A stretch of DNA of 64,000 nt from Octopus bimaculoides (lineage: Eukaryota). This document shows, one piece after another, positions 12,118 to 25,403 of the stretch. The DNA is taken from positions 93,926,515 through 93,990,514 of the forward strand of contig NC_068983.1 in the NCBI RefSeq assembly GCF_001194135.2, written 5' to 3'. The notes under the pieces are model-generated. The model ran no database searches, was not told where the DNA came from, and saw only the letters and a list, made by a program, of their open reading frames with translations. Each line of letters opens with the position of its first letter. Within the stretch, counting starts at the first letter, position 1. A program made the position numbers and the translations under genes.

Positions 12118-14361
12118 TAGATAGATAGATATATATATATATATACATATATACATATATACAAACACACACACAAGTACTTGTGTATGTATACACACAC
12201 ATATGTACATATGTGTGATGTGTGAATGTGCGTGTATGTTAATGTGTGAACCACATGTATGTATGTATGTATGTATGTATGTATATAATTCTGTGTATAT
12301 GTATATGTGAGCATGGAAGTCTGTATGTAGGTCTGGTTATGTGGAGCTTATATATGTATTATTGTGTGGGTCTGTTCATAGACATGAGAATGAGTGGGTG
12401 AACTAGCCTTCATCTCTATTTGACACAGAGACCTCATGGCTGAGTGATAAATGTGCTGATCTCATGCAAATCAGAACATACATTAGCAAACATTCCCCAC
12501 TTACAATGTAACTCATCAACTTTCCTTAAGAGTTAAATACTTGTATCATTTCAGGATTAAAATATTTAGTTAATATTTCTATGAATCACAAGGATCAACC
12601 TAAAGGCCAGTGATGCACTTCAGCTTCTGTAACATGAAAACGTGAGATAAATTTGCATTGCAATACTGCACCAGTCTCTCACTGGTGACATTCCTCCTAA
12701 AAGTTTGCTACATGCTTCTCACACCTATGTTAAGCAAAGTGTAAGATAAAATTTCCTAAACAACAGCATTACAAAACACCTTCAGTTGGTCTTAAACTCT
12801 TGAACCCTAAATTGCTGAGTCATTAGTAATGATGGCAGCAAATAGAGCATCAGAAAGATTGCTTTGCAGTAATCATTTGTGCTCTTTGTGCTGTGAGTTC
12901 AAATCCTGTCAAGATCAGTTTTGCCTTTCATCTTTTCAATTTGATAAATAAACAACTACTCCTGCACTGGACTCGATTTTCTGTTTCTCCCACTTTGTCT
13001 TTCTATCTGTCTGTCTGTCTTTGTTTCTTTCCTTCTGTCTCTATTTGTATGTCCGTCTGTCTGCCGTTTTAGTAGAAATCAGCTGTGTCCAAACTGGGAA
13101 AAGGGGTGGGCTCCCCCAGGTTCTTAAGACATACCATATATCACAACAGTACCCCTATGTCTCAATCAAGGAAGTGAGGGTCCAAAGCAAGGCAAGTTTA
13201 AGAATATCTGCATTTGGTCAGCTTTTGTCTCTACAGAAGTCAAACTAAGATATTTTGATCTAAAACATTAATTTTTAATCATATAAACTTTACAACTTAT
13301 GCAACCTTAACACCCCATGATTTGTAAAAAGTTGAAAATAACTAGATGTTAGCTGACTTAGCTAAACTGCTTAGATTCTCAGTTTTGCTATTATCAGACA
13401 TATCCATATAAATCGCATACTGATTTACTGATTCACAGACTGATCATTCTAGCTCATTTATCTCTTGATAGTTATAGTTAAAAGACTAGAGCAACAGCAA
13501 CTATTTGAGACATTATACCTGACAGGCAACTAGTTACTAGTGCTGACTAGTCATTTGTACCAAACCATCAAAATACACAGACTGTATTCTAAATTTGTTT
13601 ATTTTTCTGATGGCTCTAAACATCATCTGTCTGAATCAAATGTAATGCCAATAAGAAGAGAAATTTGGTAGTAGGGTGAAAATAAAATCATATTAATAGA
13701 GAATATCTCTTGAAAAATGGCTCTTAACTCCTTGAAACCACAGCAAACTTTATTGGACAAAAAGTGAATTGAAACTCTCCAATACCATTGTAAATCTAAA
13801 GCTTGGTAAATTAGTTCTAATAAAAGTGACAAACTGATCGATAACTTTTGATATGAGACAGGTCATTTCATAGATTTCTTGACAAAAATAGATGTATATC
13901 AACTTACAAGTGAGAATGATCACACCAGGAAGATATAATTGTTCTAAGCATTATTCTAAACATTTTTTACAATGATAGCTTTTTTCAATTCATAAATATT
14001 AGTGTGATGTTTTAGCAGAAGAGGTTCAACCAAGGCTGTAGGAGCTACTTCTTCATCTGATGAATGAATGTTTTCTAGCACAGGTACAAAACTCCAAGTC
14101 TAGAGGAAGAGTTACAGTTGATTAAATAAACTCTGATATTTGATTAGTGCAAAGTCAACTTCGCCAGTCATATATATGAAATAAGATTTGAACATAGAAT
14201 TTAATAAAAAGTGGAATTTACACTTAGAACATAACTATATAATCATGTGGGCATATCTATATATGTTACCATTTCACTTTTTGGTACTTTGGTACAAGCA
14301 TGAGTTTCCCCACATAATAAGTAACCCTACATGTTCACTACTTATAATCACAAGAATCTAC

Positions 14362-14432
14362 GAATATCTGTAGTTTGTGGTAAGCTGTCATAATTTTCAC
14401 AACCACTTCCCTGAGCTACAAACACCAGTTCT
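14362..14432 (-). CDS. Candidate coding exon 2 of the class B1 GPCR (helix with Cys1 of the hormone-receptor domain)
   Basis: Acceptor gaatttgtcctttacag|a preceded by a 44-nt AG-free zone and TACTAAC at 14487-14493. Phase-2 start matches exon 1. Reads (R)ELVFVAQGSGCENYDSLPQTTDI+C. The donor ttc|gtagat is weak. Confidence 0.55.
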
Positions 14433-15791
14433 CTGTAAAGGACAAATTCAAATTCGGCATTACAGTATCAGAAAACCTTTAAAAATGTTAGTAAAAATAA
14501 ATATTAGCATGCCAAGTAAATTACAAAATACTTTCATTGTCAAATATTTTTGTTCCTTGAATAATTTCTTTATTGAATACACTTCAGTATAAAACATATT
14601 CTAAAGTGTTGATTGTTTTGTTTTTTTAACTTTCTAACTTCAAAAACGTTTGAAATTAAATTTAAAAATAATCTATATAAAGCACTGTAAATCAATGGAT
14701 ATTAAAAACAATAGTTTTATGCTATAAAAAGAAATGAAGAATATTATTTTTAACCAATCAATGATATAAATAAGCAATTAAAGAACATATTATTCATGAA
14801 AAGCAATGAGAGTTCTTTTTTCAAATGCTCAACCATCTCCATGTTCATGTCTTTCATTGTGCAATCTCCTCACAGGTCCTTACACCCACATAATTCTTCT
14901 GATACACTATTTATCCACATCAATTTTTTATTGACATGAAAACAAAGTCTCAATACCTTGTGTGTGTGCATGAGGATTAGTAGAGTTTACAAAATTTCTT
15001 CTGAAGTTCACCATATTATATTAATATTAGTGTTCAAATACATGTGATAATAGCTGTATATGTTTATATTTAAGGTAGGCAAATCGATTTTTTTTTTTAA
15101 TTCAACTCTAGTAATAAAGAAGTATTAGCTAACATTCATATCAGTGCTTCTTTTTTTATTAATTCTTAAAGAATATAAACATTTTTACATACCTTATTTA
15201 TTTCTAAATGGTTCTTGAATTTTTTGAAAACTGGTGATGGCCAAAGTCAGAAAAAAGATCAATCAATAGAAAAGCCCTGCATAATGGATAAGTTCATAAT
15301 GGATAAGTTCATAATGTTCCACCATTCTTGTTCTTCATATGAGAGTGAGGAAATGGGGATAAAAACTGATAGCTTAGTAAGAAGATGCTTGGCTTAGCAA
15401 AATGAGTTCTGAGAGGTTGAGAATCTAAGAATCCATGGTGGAAAAAGAAAAGTGTCAAACAGCTAGACAAAAAGGTAGATAGATACAATACTTCAAATAA
15501 CTAAATATAGAGATACAGTTACAATGATTGATTAAAGAAATGTAGTGCATGGAAGTTGAGAGGAAGTTGGATGGAAACAATTCCTTAAAGAATCACACAT
15601 ATACAGTTACAATAATAGATTGGTGTATTGTGATAAAGCTGATAAGAACAATACCTCAAAGAATCACATATAAAGATACAGTTATAACAGATTAAAGCAT
15701 TATGGATCAGATGCAAAGTAGCAGAAGATAAGATGGAACATATGTATACCCTCATAATTACATGTATATATATATATGTATATATATATAC

Positions 15792-15830
<39 letters not shown>

Positions 15831-16917
15831 CATACATTCACTCATACATACAGTTACATACAAACATTCATGTGCATTTCTTCACACTTTCACTTCAAAA
15901 CAATACAGGACCAACTGAATTGTCAGTGAGCTAGCAGAATATATTAAGTAACACTACAAACAAGACATCATTTGAACATAGTTTGGTTCATAGCCTGCTT
16001 GTTAGAAGTGAAGTAACTTGTTTTAAAATTAGGAAAAAAGAAACATTGACATTAATAAGTAGAAAACTGTGAATTAACTAATGAAGTAAAACAAGGTGTT
16101 AGTTAACCCACATTATTGTTTTATTTTGTTTTTTCTTTTATAACTTGACAAAAAAGATCATATTTATGAAAATATGAACAACCAAAGCCAGGTTCATCTC
16201 AGCCCAGCCTGTACAATAATAATGTGATGTAGTTTTACTAAGATGAAAATTATTTTATTATTGGGCAGAGGCTTCTTAGTTCAATGGTTTCTCTACCATT
16301 ATAAGACAATAATCATTAGAGTTAACGTATGATAATTGAAGACTATGTAAAACACTAGAAAAGTGCCTGTTTCATCATGTTGCTGTAAACCTATAAATTT
16401 GTTGATATTGATGCAAAAGGTCTTGTTTTGGCAAAGTTACAGCATGGTAAGAGATCATGGCTCATGTGCCTATAATTACATCTTTAATATATGCTTCTCC
16501 TACATTGCCCTACAATTAACTTCATGCCAAAATTTTATATTTAAATATTTCACATATTAACTTATTCAAATACTAATAAAGCAATATGATTTTATGATAA
16601 CAATAAATAATTAAATACAACTTGCAACTTCACTCTCTCTTCTCCCTAATGCATAGGTATGTACATGGCCACACCCAACCTGACCACACATTCATTACCT
16701 TACATCATTATTTGAGAGTCACTCATGGCCACTCTCATCCCTCATCTCCACTGATCCAACCAAATACTGAGCTACTCTAATTGTATATTGTGATTTAATC
16801 TATATAATGTATTTTATCATGAGAACTGAATGAAATACACATACATAATAGTAATGATAATAATAATAAATAAACAAGTAAATGTTTATTGATAGAAACT
16901 TAAAAGATAATAATAAT

Positions 16918-16950
<33 letters not shown>

Positions 16951-16954
16951 TTTG

Positions 16955-17154
16955 TTACAAGGGCAGCCATTTTGGGGAGGGAATGAGTTGATTACATCAA
17001 CCCCAGTGTTCAACTGGTACTTGTTTCATCAACCCTGAAAGAATGAAAGGCAAAGTCAACTTTGGTGTGAATTTGAACTCAGAACAGAGTGACAGGCAAA
17101 ATACCACTAAGCATTTCTTCCAGTGTACTAACGATTCTGCCAGCTTGCTGCCTT
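16955..17154 (-). mobile_element. tRNA-derived SINE family B
   Basis: ttgattacatcaaccccagtgttcaactggtac...gaatgaaaggcaaagtcaac...tttgaactcagaac...attctgccagc. Confidence 0.8.
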
Positions 17155-17998
17155 AATAATGATTATAATAATAATAATAAGAAGAAGAAGAATGATAATC
17201 AACTTCATTAGCATTCACTGAATATACAAAAACAAAAACCTGGGAATTGAGAAGCAAGCATACATAATATCCACACATGTCCCCAACGATTTCAATCACT
17301 ATGTCTGATTAATTAATCAAAAGAAACCCATTCAGCAGAGATAAATCATAATACAGCAAGACAGATCACATAATAGTTGCACACCTTTTCTCTAACTTTG
17401 GACTGTTAGAAAAATATTGATTTATAAGCAGAACTTAAACTTACTTCTTAAGAGTTTTAACTCCAGTACCTGACCACTGTGCCACAATCCTTCTTCGTAT
17501 TTTCTTCCTTAGAAATATTTAAATGTATGGTAGATTACTTTATGGTGTCTTAGAATTTCATTAATTTAGGAAGATAATTATTTAATCTCAAACCAAACCA
17601 GCTGGCTGGTATAAAGAGATAGCCATAAACATTTATCAAGATATATTATCTAGTTAGGTTTTTCTGGATGTCCATGGATGATTGAATGAGGATTTTGTTT
17701 TATTCCTTTATTGCTATGGCTGTCTAAATGGCTGATTTATCTCATAGTTCTGACGTTGTTGTTCTTATTTGCTATTTATTTTGTTGTTGTTGCAACTATT
17801 GATGCCCCCACATCATTTATATGACTCAGGTCTCTCTCTCTTTTTAAAATCAGGCAATCAATATCAATTTACTAGAATTTTGCAAAAGCAGACAAAGTGC
17901 TGGAACTTTCTTGCTTCTCTCTATAAATACCCACACACATACATACACATACGACTATTTTCATGGACAGATAAAGATACATACATACATATATATGC

Positions 17999-18034
<36 letters not shown>

Positions 18035-18879
18035 ACACACACAAACATATATATATACATAATATACTGTAGTTATCTTGCCAACATTCAAACTTATAAT
18101 GCACGAACTCACATACTCTCACATACACACATGCATAAACTGATATTAAATCAACAAAGAGCTACATACTATTTACTACATAACATAAAGCACGTCTTTG
18201 GGGGTTATGTTTTTTTTTCTTAGTCAATCAACATTAGAATTTAGCTTTTTGTATGTGAATTTTTTCCAGCAGATGTTCTTAAACAATCATAAATCCTGAA
18301 ATATTCCCTTCATCATTCAACACCATTGATTCAATAGCAGCCAGCTGAACTCTACACAACTACTTTGATTATCAATATACTCTGTTAGGAATTCTAGCTT
18401 TAATTTTTTATATATCATGCGATTACCTCCATGTAAGCTGTTTGAAATAACCAAGAGCACACATGCAAACTCATACACACACTTGCATACAGGCATGCAC
18501 ATGCTCGCACATATGCACCCACACACACACGTGCACGCACACACACACACACACACACACTTTCATGCACACACACACATTGCTGTAACTCATCACAACT
18601 GTTATGTCATATGAAGGCTATAAATTGTAATAAGTGCAATGCTCAACTCTGAAGATAACTTAAAATGATTTTATTGGTTGTAATTTGTATGCTGCATTAT
18701 ATTGTTCAAGAGAGAAGGGAGCTGTATCAGCAACCTTGTGAGCATAACAGTTCTCACAGGAATTATGCTGTAGGGTTATTAGTAATAATCTACTTGACAG
18801 CAAGGAGGCAGTCGACTTTGTTATGGTAACAAATGTGTGACTAGTCCAGCTCTCTAGTACAGGTCTCTGACAATAGATA

Positions 18880-19700
18880 ATTACTGCTGGATGAAGTCAT
18901 TTTAAAACTGTTCTGACAACAGGTAGTTACAAATAGGTGATAGTCTGGTAAAACAACTTTAGAAACATATAGGTGGAAATCATGGAAACAGGCAGTTACC
19001 AAAAGGTGATGTCATGGTAAAACAGTTTAGGCAATAGATTGCTACAAATAGATAACACAATTGTAAAAAATGTTCTGACAATAGATTGTTACAAATAGGT
19101 AACATCATAGTAAGACTGTTCTGGCAATAGACTGTTATAATAGATTACATCAAAGTAAAACTGTTCTGGCAATAGACTGTTATAATAGATTACATCATAG
19201 TAAAACTGTTCTGGCAATAAGATTGTTACAAATAGGTAACATCATTGTAAATCTGTTTTCTCAATGTGAGATCATAGTAAAATTGTTCCTACTATAGATA
19301 AAAATAGATAACATCATGATAAAATTAACCTTTAGCTAGAGCAATGGTGAAATTATTCTGGAAATAAAGAGTTACAATTAGGTAGTGTAAAGGCAACATT
19401 TCTTTAGTAATAATTGCTGAATGATTGATGTCATGGTGAACCTTTTCTAGCTACATTGCTACAAATAATTGATGTCATGAAAAAGCTAACTAATAGATAA
19501 AGTCGTGATAATACTGACTGATAATAAGTAGATATCACCTGGTGATGCCACAACAAATCTGATCTTAAAATAGAAAGTTACCAGTTGATGAAATCCTTGT
19601 AAAACTGACTTGATACTATTAAATGAACTCACAGTCAAACTGATCCTTATTATAATAGTTACCAATTGGTAAAGTCATGGTAAAAACTGACCTAACTATA
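18880..19700. repeat. Degenerate 45-47-bp minisatellite (resumes near 20585-20660)
   Basis: Units such as ctgttctggcaatagactgttataatagattacatcatagtaaaa, nearly identical at 19118-19207 and decaying outward. Confidence 0.8.
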
Positions 19701-19785
19701 GACTCATTCATTTACCCCTTCATTCACTAAGGAACACGTTTCTCTACTTGAAGGAACCTTTTTCTCAACCCTACACTATCTATAT

Positions 19786-20110
19786 AAGTGCTTCTCAAAC
19801 TATCTGATGTGGCGTACCAGCAGTTCTCTTTTTTCCAATGTGCCAGGAACTGGTAATATTTCTCAGTGATATTAATTTATACCAGAAACAATAAATATAA
19901 AGAATATGATAAAAGTTGACAATTTTTAAAATCTTATATTTATTTTGTAAACAAATAATACAATATTACATAAGCTGATAAGTTATTTACTGCAGTGCAT
20001 AAGGCAAAATTACTGAAATTATGCTATTGTTTCTTTTCTGGAAACTTGCCGTGTACTGGCAACTAATGGCTCACAGACTAGCACCAGTCTGCGGACCATC
20101 ACTACATGAT
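19786..20110 (+). mobile_element. hAT-like non-autonomous element, degenerate
   Basis: Begins aagtgcttctcaaact (hAT/Charlie-like end) and has a subterminal gcaccagtctgcggacc. A similar end occurs at 59365-59400. Confidence 0.4.
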
Positions 20111-21115
20111 GCTAGCCTATATTTTGAGGATTTACTCACCTGTTAGGCTTGCAGTTGGTAAGAGTAGCTTTTAAGCATCTAAATGGGGCTTGACTCAGAA
20201 TGCAAAGAGCCAGATTAAATACCACAAGGAATCCAGACAGGTATTGTTACAGTTCGACCAATCCATTGTCCCGAGATGATATTTTTATATCAACCCTGAA
20301 AGGATAAAAAACGAAGTTAACTTCAGTGAGATTTGAACTCATAGTCCAGAGAATCACAACAAATACCATGAGGCATTTAATCTAAAACTCTAATGACTCT
20401 ACCAATTTGCAGTATGACTATAGACAGCTACAATAAATTATAGAATTTGCTGGAATAGTTGAGGGCTTGCTTTGGCAACAGCCCAAGAGAGTTTATAGGT
20501 CTCAATAAGTTTAATTGTTATGAGGTAAAAAAGGTCTCACATTTTGAACATAGGTCTTCCATCAAAGGACCTGTGTCTAATATTTTGTACATAGTTACCA
20601 CTGATTGAAATCACAGTAAAACTGATCTAATGGCACTAGATTACAGTAAAACTAATCTTAACATACTGTATTCATCTCTAGCAATGTCAGTTTTAAATAC
20701 ATCTAAATTGCTACTATATGGCCTTAAGTAAGATATTTAACATTACCTCCTTCAGATTTAGTATCCAGGACAAGCATAACACAACAATAGGCACTAAAGT
20801 AATTTGAAGTAGATTGGATTTAGACAGTATAAAAATTGACAAAAGTCAAAACTGACAATAACATTAATAAGTATAGAAATGTGTTGAATTTTATTCCATA
20901 ATTTATTACTCAATTATCTTACAAACATGTATGTTGGATATATAATACATTATATCTTTGATTTCATTCCACAGTTAAAGGTTATCTATGTAGACCATAG
21001 CAGAATAATATTATTGGCACTGCGTTTATAATTGTCTTCAGTTTCATTCCATAGTCAAAAGTATTACCATGTTACCATACATAGACCAGAGCATATTATA
21101 GATCATTGTTTCTCC

Positions 21116-21171
<56 letters not shown>

Positions 21172-21299
21172 GATAAAATGAAGAGTGCAATGTAACTGCA
21201 ATAAATATTTTATTGGTTGAATGATATTTTGACAGCAAGCTTGTCTTTGTTGAATTCAAAATAAAAAATTATAAAAATTCAAAATCATAGAAATTCAAA

Positions 21300-22200
21300 T
21301 CAAAAGTATGAACGAGAGTAACCAGTGTCCCCATGTTGATGGAATGACATCATCAGTTTTTAGGTTTCAATTTTATAACTGGCAAAATAAAAAAAAGACA
21401 GATAAAAATAGAGAGAAAAAAAGGAAAGTAAAAGCAAAGATAAAAGAATATTCAATCAAACAGTTTTGTATAAATTTAATGTTATTCGCCTGTCATTTTA
21501 TTCATTCTTCCAGAGTGTGAAGTTAGTAACCTGGAAACATATTTCTCCTCATGCATTTTGAATATTGAAAGTGAAGCAGATTCAGAATATTTTCTAAGAA
21601 TATGCACTTCCAAGCCTTTTTCAAAATTGCAGCCGTTTGAAGCAAGATGTTCAGCAAGTTCTGTTGAACTACTGTTATTGTGCCAGATGTCATATCTGTG
21701 CCCATTAAATCTTTTGCTTAATTGTTCTGTTGTGCAACCAACATAAATCAAGTTGTATTTCGTGCATTCTACCACATACACCAAATGGGAATCTTTACAT
21801 ATCCCACCTTCTGTATAAATCAGAACATTTTTGTTATGATTCCTGATGGAATTCACTTGATTCATGTTGTTGCACAATGAATAGAGCTTGCCTCTCTTGC
21901 AGCTGTTTTTCAAGGGAGAGCATGCAGGTACTCCAATGTTAGTTTTCTTGGAGTCAAGAATAAAGGTCAATAGTTCCCTTATATTTTTATTCCGTCTAAA
22001 GGCTACAATAGGCAGCAGAGGAAATATCTGTTTGAAATGAGGATATTTTTCTGCAACATGCTGGTAACTTTCATGCAATACTTTTTGAAATGCCAGCGAA
22101 AGTTTGATACCAGTTAATCACTAAAGGAATTCTGTTACATATTGTATTGTGTTTGCTAAAATTATGCGTGAAGGTTTGACTTTCTTTGCTAATCTGAGGT
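21300..22200 (-). mobile_element. 5'-truncated Penelope-like element: linker + GIY-YIG endonuclease + 3' pLTR remnant
   Basis: ORF 21482-22078 has PIVAFRRNKNIRELL, LVYVVEC...LIYVGCT...LSKRFNGHRYDI, ELAEH and EEKYVSRLLT. A frameshifted upstream RIPLVINW is present, and a hammerhead-like motif lies at 21320-21356. Confidence 0.9.
21320..21356 (-). ncRNA. Degenerate minimal hammerhead ribozyme motif (lacks GAA of the core)
   Basis: CTGATGA-T-GTC-attccat-caac-atggg-GAC-[GAA missing]-ACTGGT-T, about 125 nt downstream of the GIY-YIG stop. Confidence 0.45.
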
Positions 22201-22365
22201 ATCCCATTTGCTATTTCCTTTCATCGTGATTCACTGTAACTGTGTTTGACATAATGGTGTACAAAAGCATTTGCATGTTTCCAGTTTCCCCCATGTCAGT
22301 ACAAATCCATTTTATCCTCAAAAATTGGGATTTCAGGCAGTGGTGGTGGTGGTGGCGGTGGTGGT

Positions 22366-22566
22366 GGTAAGAGCAATTGGTGGCAGAATCAGTGTAGCAT
22401 CGTTGTGATATTTCATGTCTCATTATATCTTAAGTTCAAATCTTGCCAGAGTCAGCCTTTCTTTTCACCTTTCCATGGTGAACAACTTAAGTACGAATCA
22501 TGTTCTGGGTAATGATCTTATCAACTGTTCCCTCCCACCAAATTTGTATCCTTGTGTCTATGTAAG
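22366..22566 (+). mobile_element. tRNA-derived SINE family B, old copy
   Basis: tggcagaatc...aagttcaaatcttgccagagtcagcctttcttttcacc...cctcccaccaaattt. Confidence 0.55.
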
Positions 22567-23696
22567 GAACTATGAAACTATGGATATGGTTATGTTTATT
22601 AACAAATGTATCACTATTGTTTATTATTCATCTCACCATTTATTCTATGTAAATCCTCTATAGTCTCCTGTTTGCTATTTGTTTTTTGGCTTTTTTTTAC
22701 CATTGTACTGTCCCCACAGTTTTAGGTCCTTGTAGCCAATAAAAGAATCATCACCATCACCATCATCATTGCTGCTGTAGTAGTCCTCATAGTGACTGGA
22801 GTGGTGATAATATAGAATGTATGAAAATCTATATATTCTCACCATTATGATTGATGTTACTGTTATTATTATCCAGATTATTATCACTATTATTGTTATT
22901 ATTATTATTAAAGATATAAGCCACACTAAATCAATATCTTATTCCCTTCATGATATTTATTGTTGATACTGTATTTGTTTGCTTTATCTAATTAAATATG
23001 ATTTACTTTGATCTATTTCTCTTGTATCATTCCATAATTATTTCTAGAAACTTCTGTCCATTATGATATGCTTTTTTGTTGTTTTGTATTTTTCTGTTTA
23101 TTGGTTCCATAGTTAACCTATCATTAGATTATTTTCTACTAAATGTATAAATACTCATTTAATATAGATGAGGTCAGTTATTAGTGATTGCTCTGCTTCA
23201 TTTTCTCTGTTCCATCTCTTTTTATTTTCCATTGTTTTTTTCGAATATCTTTTCACTCTCATTCTTTCTCCATTTTTTCCCTCTCTCCCTCTCTCACCCC
23301 ACCTCTCTCTCTCTCTCCATATTTTTGTCCCCCTTTACCTTCAATCAAAATATGGTTTGTCTCATCCTTGTTTACCCTCCATAAGAGGGTACATTTCCAA
23401 TCTCAGTTTCAGATTCCTCACCACATTTTTCACACCTTTCTCAGTCCAGTTGGCTTACAAATTCAGTGTAGAGATTTCCAGAACACCATCTCTAACACAT
23501 CCGGTTAATCATGTCCATATTTTGCCAAGTGTTGCGAGAAAAGATGAAATGTCAAAGTAGACTGGGATATTGAACTGGGGGATCATGGTCTGTGGTTTCT
23601 TTTTTCTTGTTGCATCTCTCAAGAACTGGCAAATATTGGTGAAATTTTTTTGATGACACCACTCTTTCTTTGTTAATGCAAAAGCAAAAGAGATTT

Positions 23697-24118
23697 CATC
23701 ATCATCATCATCATTATCATTTAACATCTGTTTTCCATGCTGTCATGGGTTGAACAGTTTGACAGGAGCAGGCTAGTTGAAGTGCTGCCCAGGTTCCATG
23801 TTTGTTTTGACATGGTTTCTACAACTGGAAACCCTTCCTAATGCCAACCACTTTATAGCATGTCCTGGATGTTTTTACACAACACTGGCATGGGCGCCTT
23901 TACGTGGCATTGGCATGGGTGCTTTTTATGTGACACCAGCTCCCACAAGCCTGTAAGATAAGGACTGCTCAGCTAAAGAGGGATGTAGGAGACATGCCTG
24001 TATGCAAGGACAACCATGATTTTACTTAGCTTGACATGTCCTTTCAAGCACAGCAAACTGCCAGAAGTCTTGGTCTTTTGTCATCTCCTTTGTGAGGCCC
24101 AATGCCTGAAGATCTTAA
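23697..24118 (-). mobile_element. Family C SINE/LINE tail
   Basis: (CAT)n tail, tttccatgctgtcatgggtt, cccttcctaatgccaaccacttt, tgtgaggccca. Confidence 0.75.
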
Positions 24119-24459
24119 TCCTTTTTTTCTTCACCATGGTGTTAGACAAGTTTGCAAAGTTGGAAACCATCTGAACAGGGCAGTTTGTCCCTTTTTGTAG
24201 TCCTTACGAACCAACCTCCTGTTCCCCACAATTAGCACTACCATGAGAAATACTGTCTTAGACAACAATAAAGGGCAAATCCTCAAGCACTTGTTTTTGC
24301 TGTTTAGGCCTAGCTCAGCATGTTCCAACTATGATGTTTCCTTTCTAAATATGTATGTATGTATGTATGTATGTATGTGTGTGTATGTGTGTGTATGTAT
24401 GTATGTATGTATGTATGTATGTGTGTATGTGTGTGTATGTATGTATGTATGTATGTATG

Positions 24460-24625
24460 AATGTCCTGGGTATGACATTAAACTGTATCTGATGGAGAGG
24501 CTTCAGTTCGGAAGTTCTGGAGTTGTGGGGAGCATGGAGTCACACTTTAATTATCATTACTCCTAGGTCTGTTCTGACCTAGAACAGTAGTCAAAGTTCC
24601 ATCTAAGGGTTAAATAAATTTTCCA
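24460..24625 (+). mobile_element. Interspersed repeat family G
   Basis: gggtatgacattaaactgtatctgatgg...attactcctaggtc...ctgacc..gtagt; recognised only from recollection of octopus repeats. Confidence 0.4.
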
Positions 24626-25221
24626 GAGGTAGAGGAAATCCCTATTATCTTTGACAAAGCTGTAAGGAAGGCAGCTCTTCTAGGAAAAAGATACTCTGAC
24701 TTAAAACTTGCAATCAAAATAGTAGTACTAGTCATCTTGCAATGCTTGACACTAGAACCTACTATGGTAGTCAAGAGAGTGGTAAAGGTGCTGTACAAGC
24801 TTTTGTTACTTATATGTAATAATGTACAGATGACTCACTATCATTTCATTTCTTGGTGATGGATTGAATGCATGGCAACATATAAAGTCATATCTGCTTA
24901 CATGCAAGGATGAAAGTAGATCAAGGCAATCAGGCTGAATGTGAGACAGCTATCATCTGACAATATGAAGTAATCATCATGTGTATGTGTGTGTGTGTGT
25001 GTGTACCTGCATGCACGTGCATGCATATGTGTGTGTATTTATCAGGAACTACATTGCCCAATGCATTTAAAGCAGTAGGGTGTGATGTGAGGGAAACTTT
25101 TGGTTGCTGCTTCTAGCAAATCATGCAACTGCATAAAAGCTTCTTCATTGACTCAAGACAGTACAGAAAAATCATCCAATATGTTGACACCTGTTTTTTT
25201 GTTTTTTTTTTGTTTTTTTAC

Positions 25222-25403
25222 CTGTTTGGTCTTGAGGAAGGAGCAGTTCTCCTGACCACTGAAGGCCCCTCCTGAACCACTGAGAATGAATTTATTAACA
25301 TTTCACCTACATCTTTGCAAATCAACACTTGCAAGAAGTAAGATATAAAGTAAGAACTGAACAGGAAGAAAATTCCAAATAGCTGATGTTTACATCTTTC
25401 CAT
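25222..25403 (-). CDS. Candidate first coding exon of a class B1 (secretin-family) GPCR: signal peptide plus N-terminal spacer
   Basis: ATG at 25403 in context caaaatcATGg. Translates MERCKHQLFGIFFLFSSYFISYFLQVLICKDVGEMLINSFSVVQEGPSVVRRTAPSSRPN+AG (basic n-region, long hydrophobic h-region). Donor cag|gtaaaa at 25222/25221, phase 2. Confidence 0.6.

Noticed and set aside
11757-12314. ORFs running through X stretches (also 26648-27285 and 60410-61027)
   Set aside because: They are assembly N-gaps, not coding sequence.
13137-13233. Minus-strand exon candidate with ctgtag acceptor and gtatgt donor
   Set aside because: Stops in all three frames.
14477-14493. Acceptor ttttaaag just after TACTAAC as the start of exon 2
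   Set aside because: Only about 10 nt from the branch motif, and all three frames hit stops; the AG at 14433 fits better.
18880-19700. Repeat array as a CRISPR locus
   Set aside because: Contiguous degenerate units with no unique spacers or cas genes, in a eukaryotic context.
24630-24720. IPIIFDKAVRKAALLG as a second R4/Dong tail
   Set aside because: Too short and the following TARIL motif is missing, so it is not listed as a feature.
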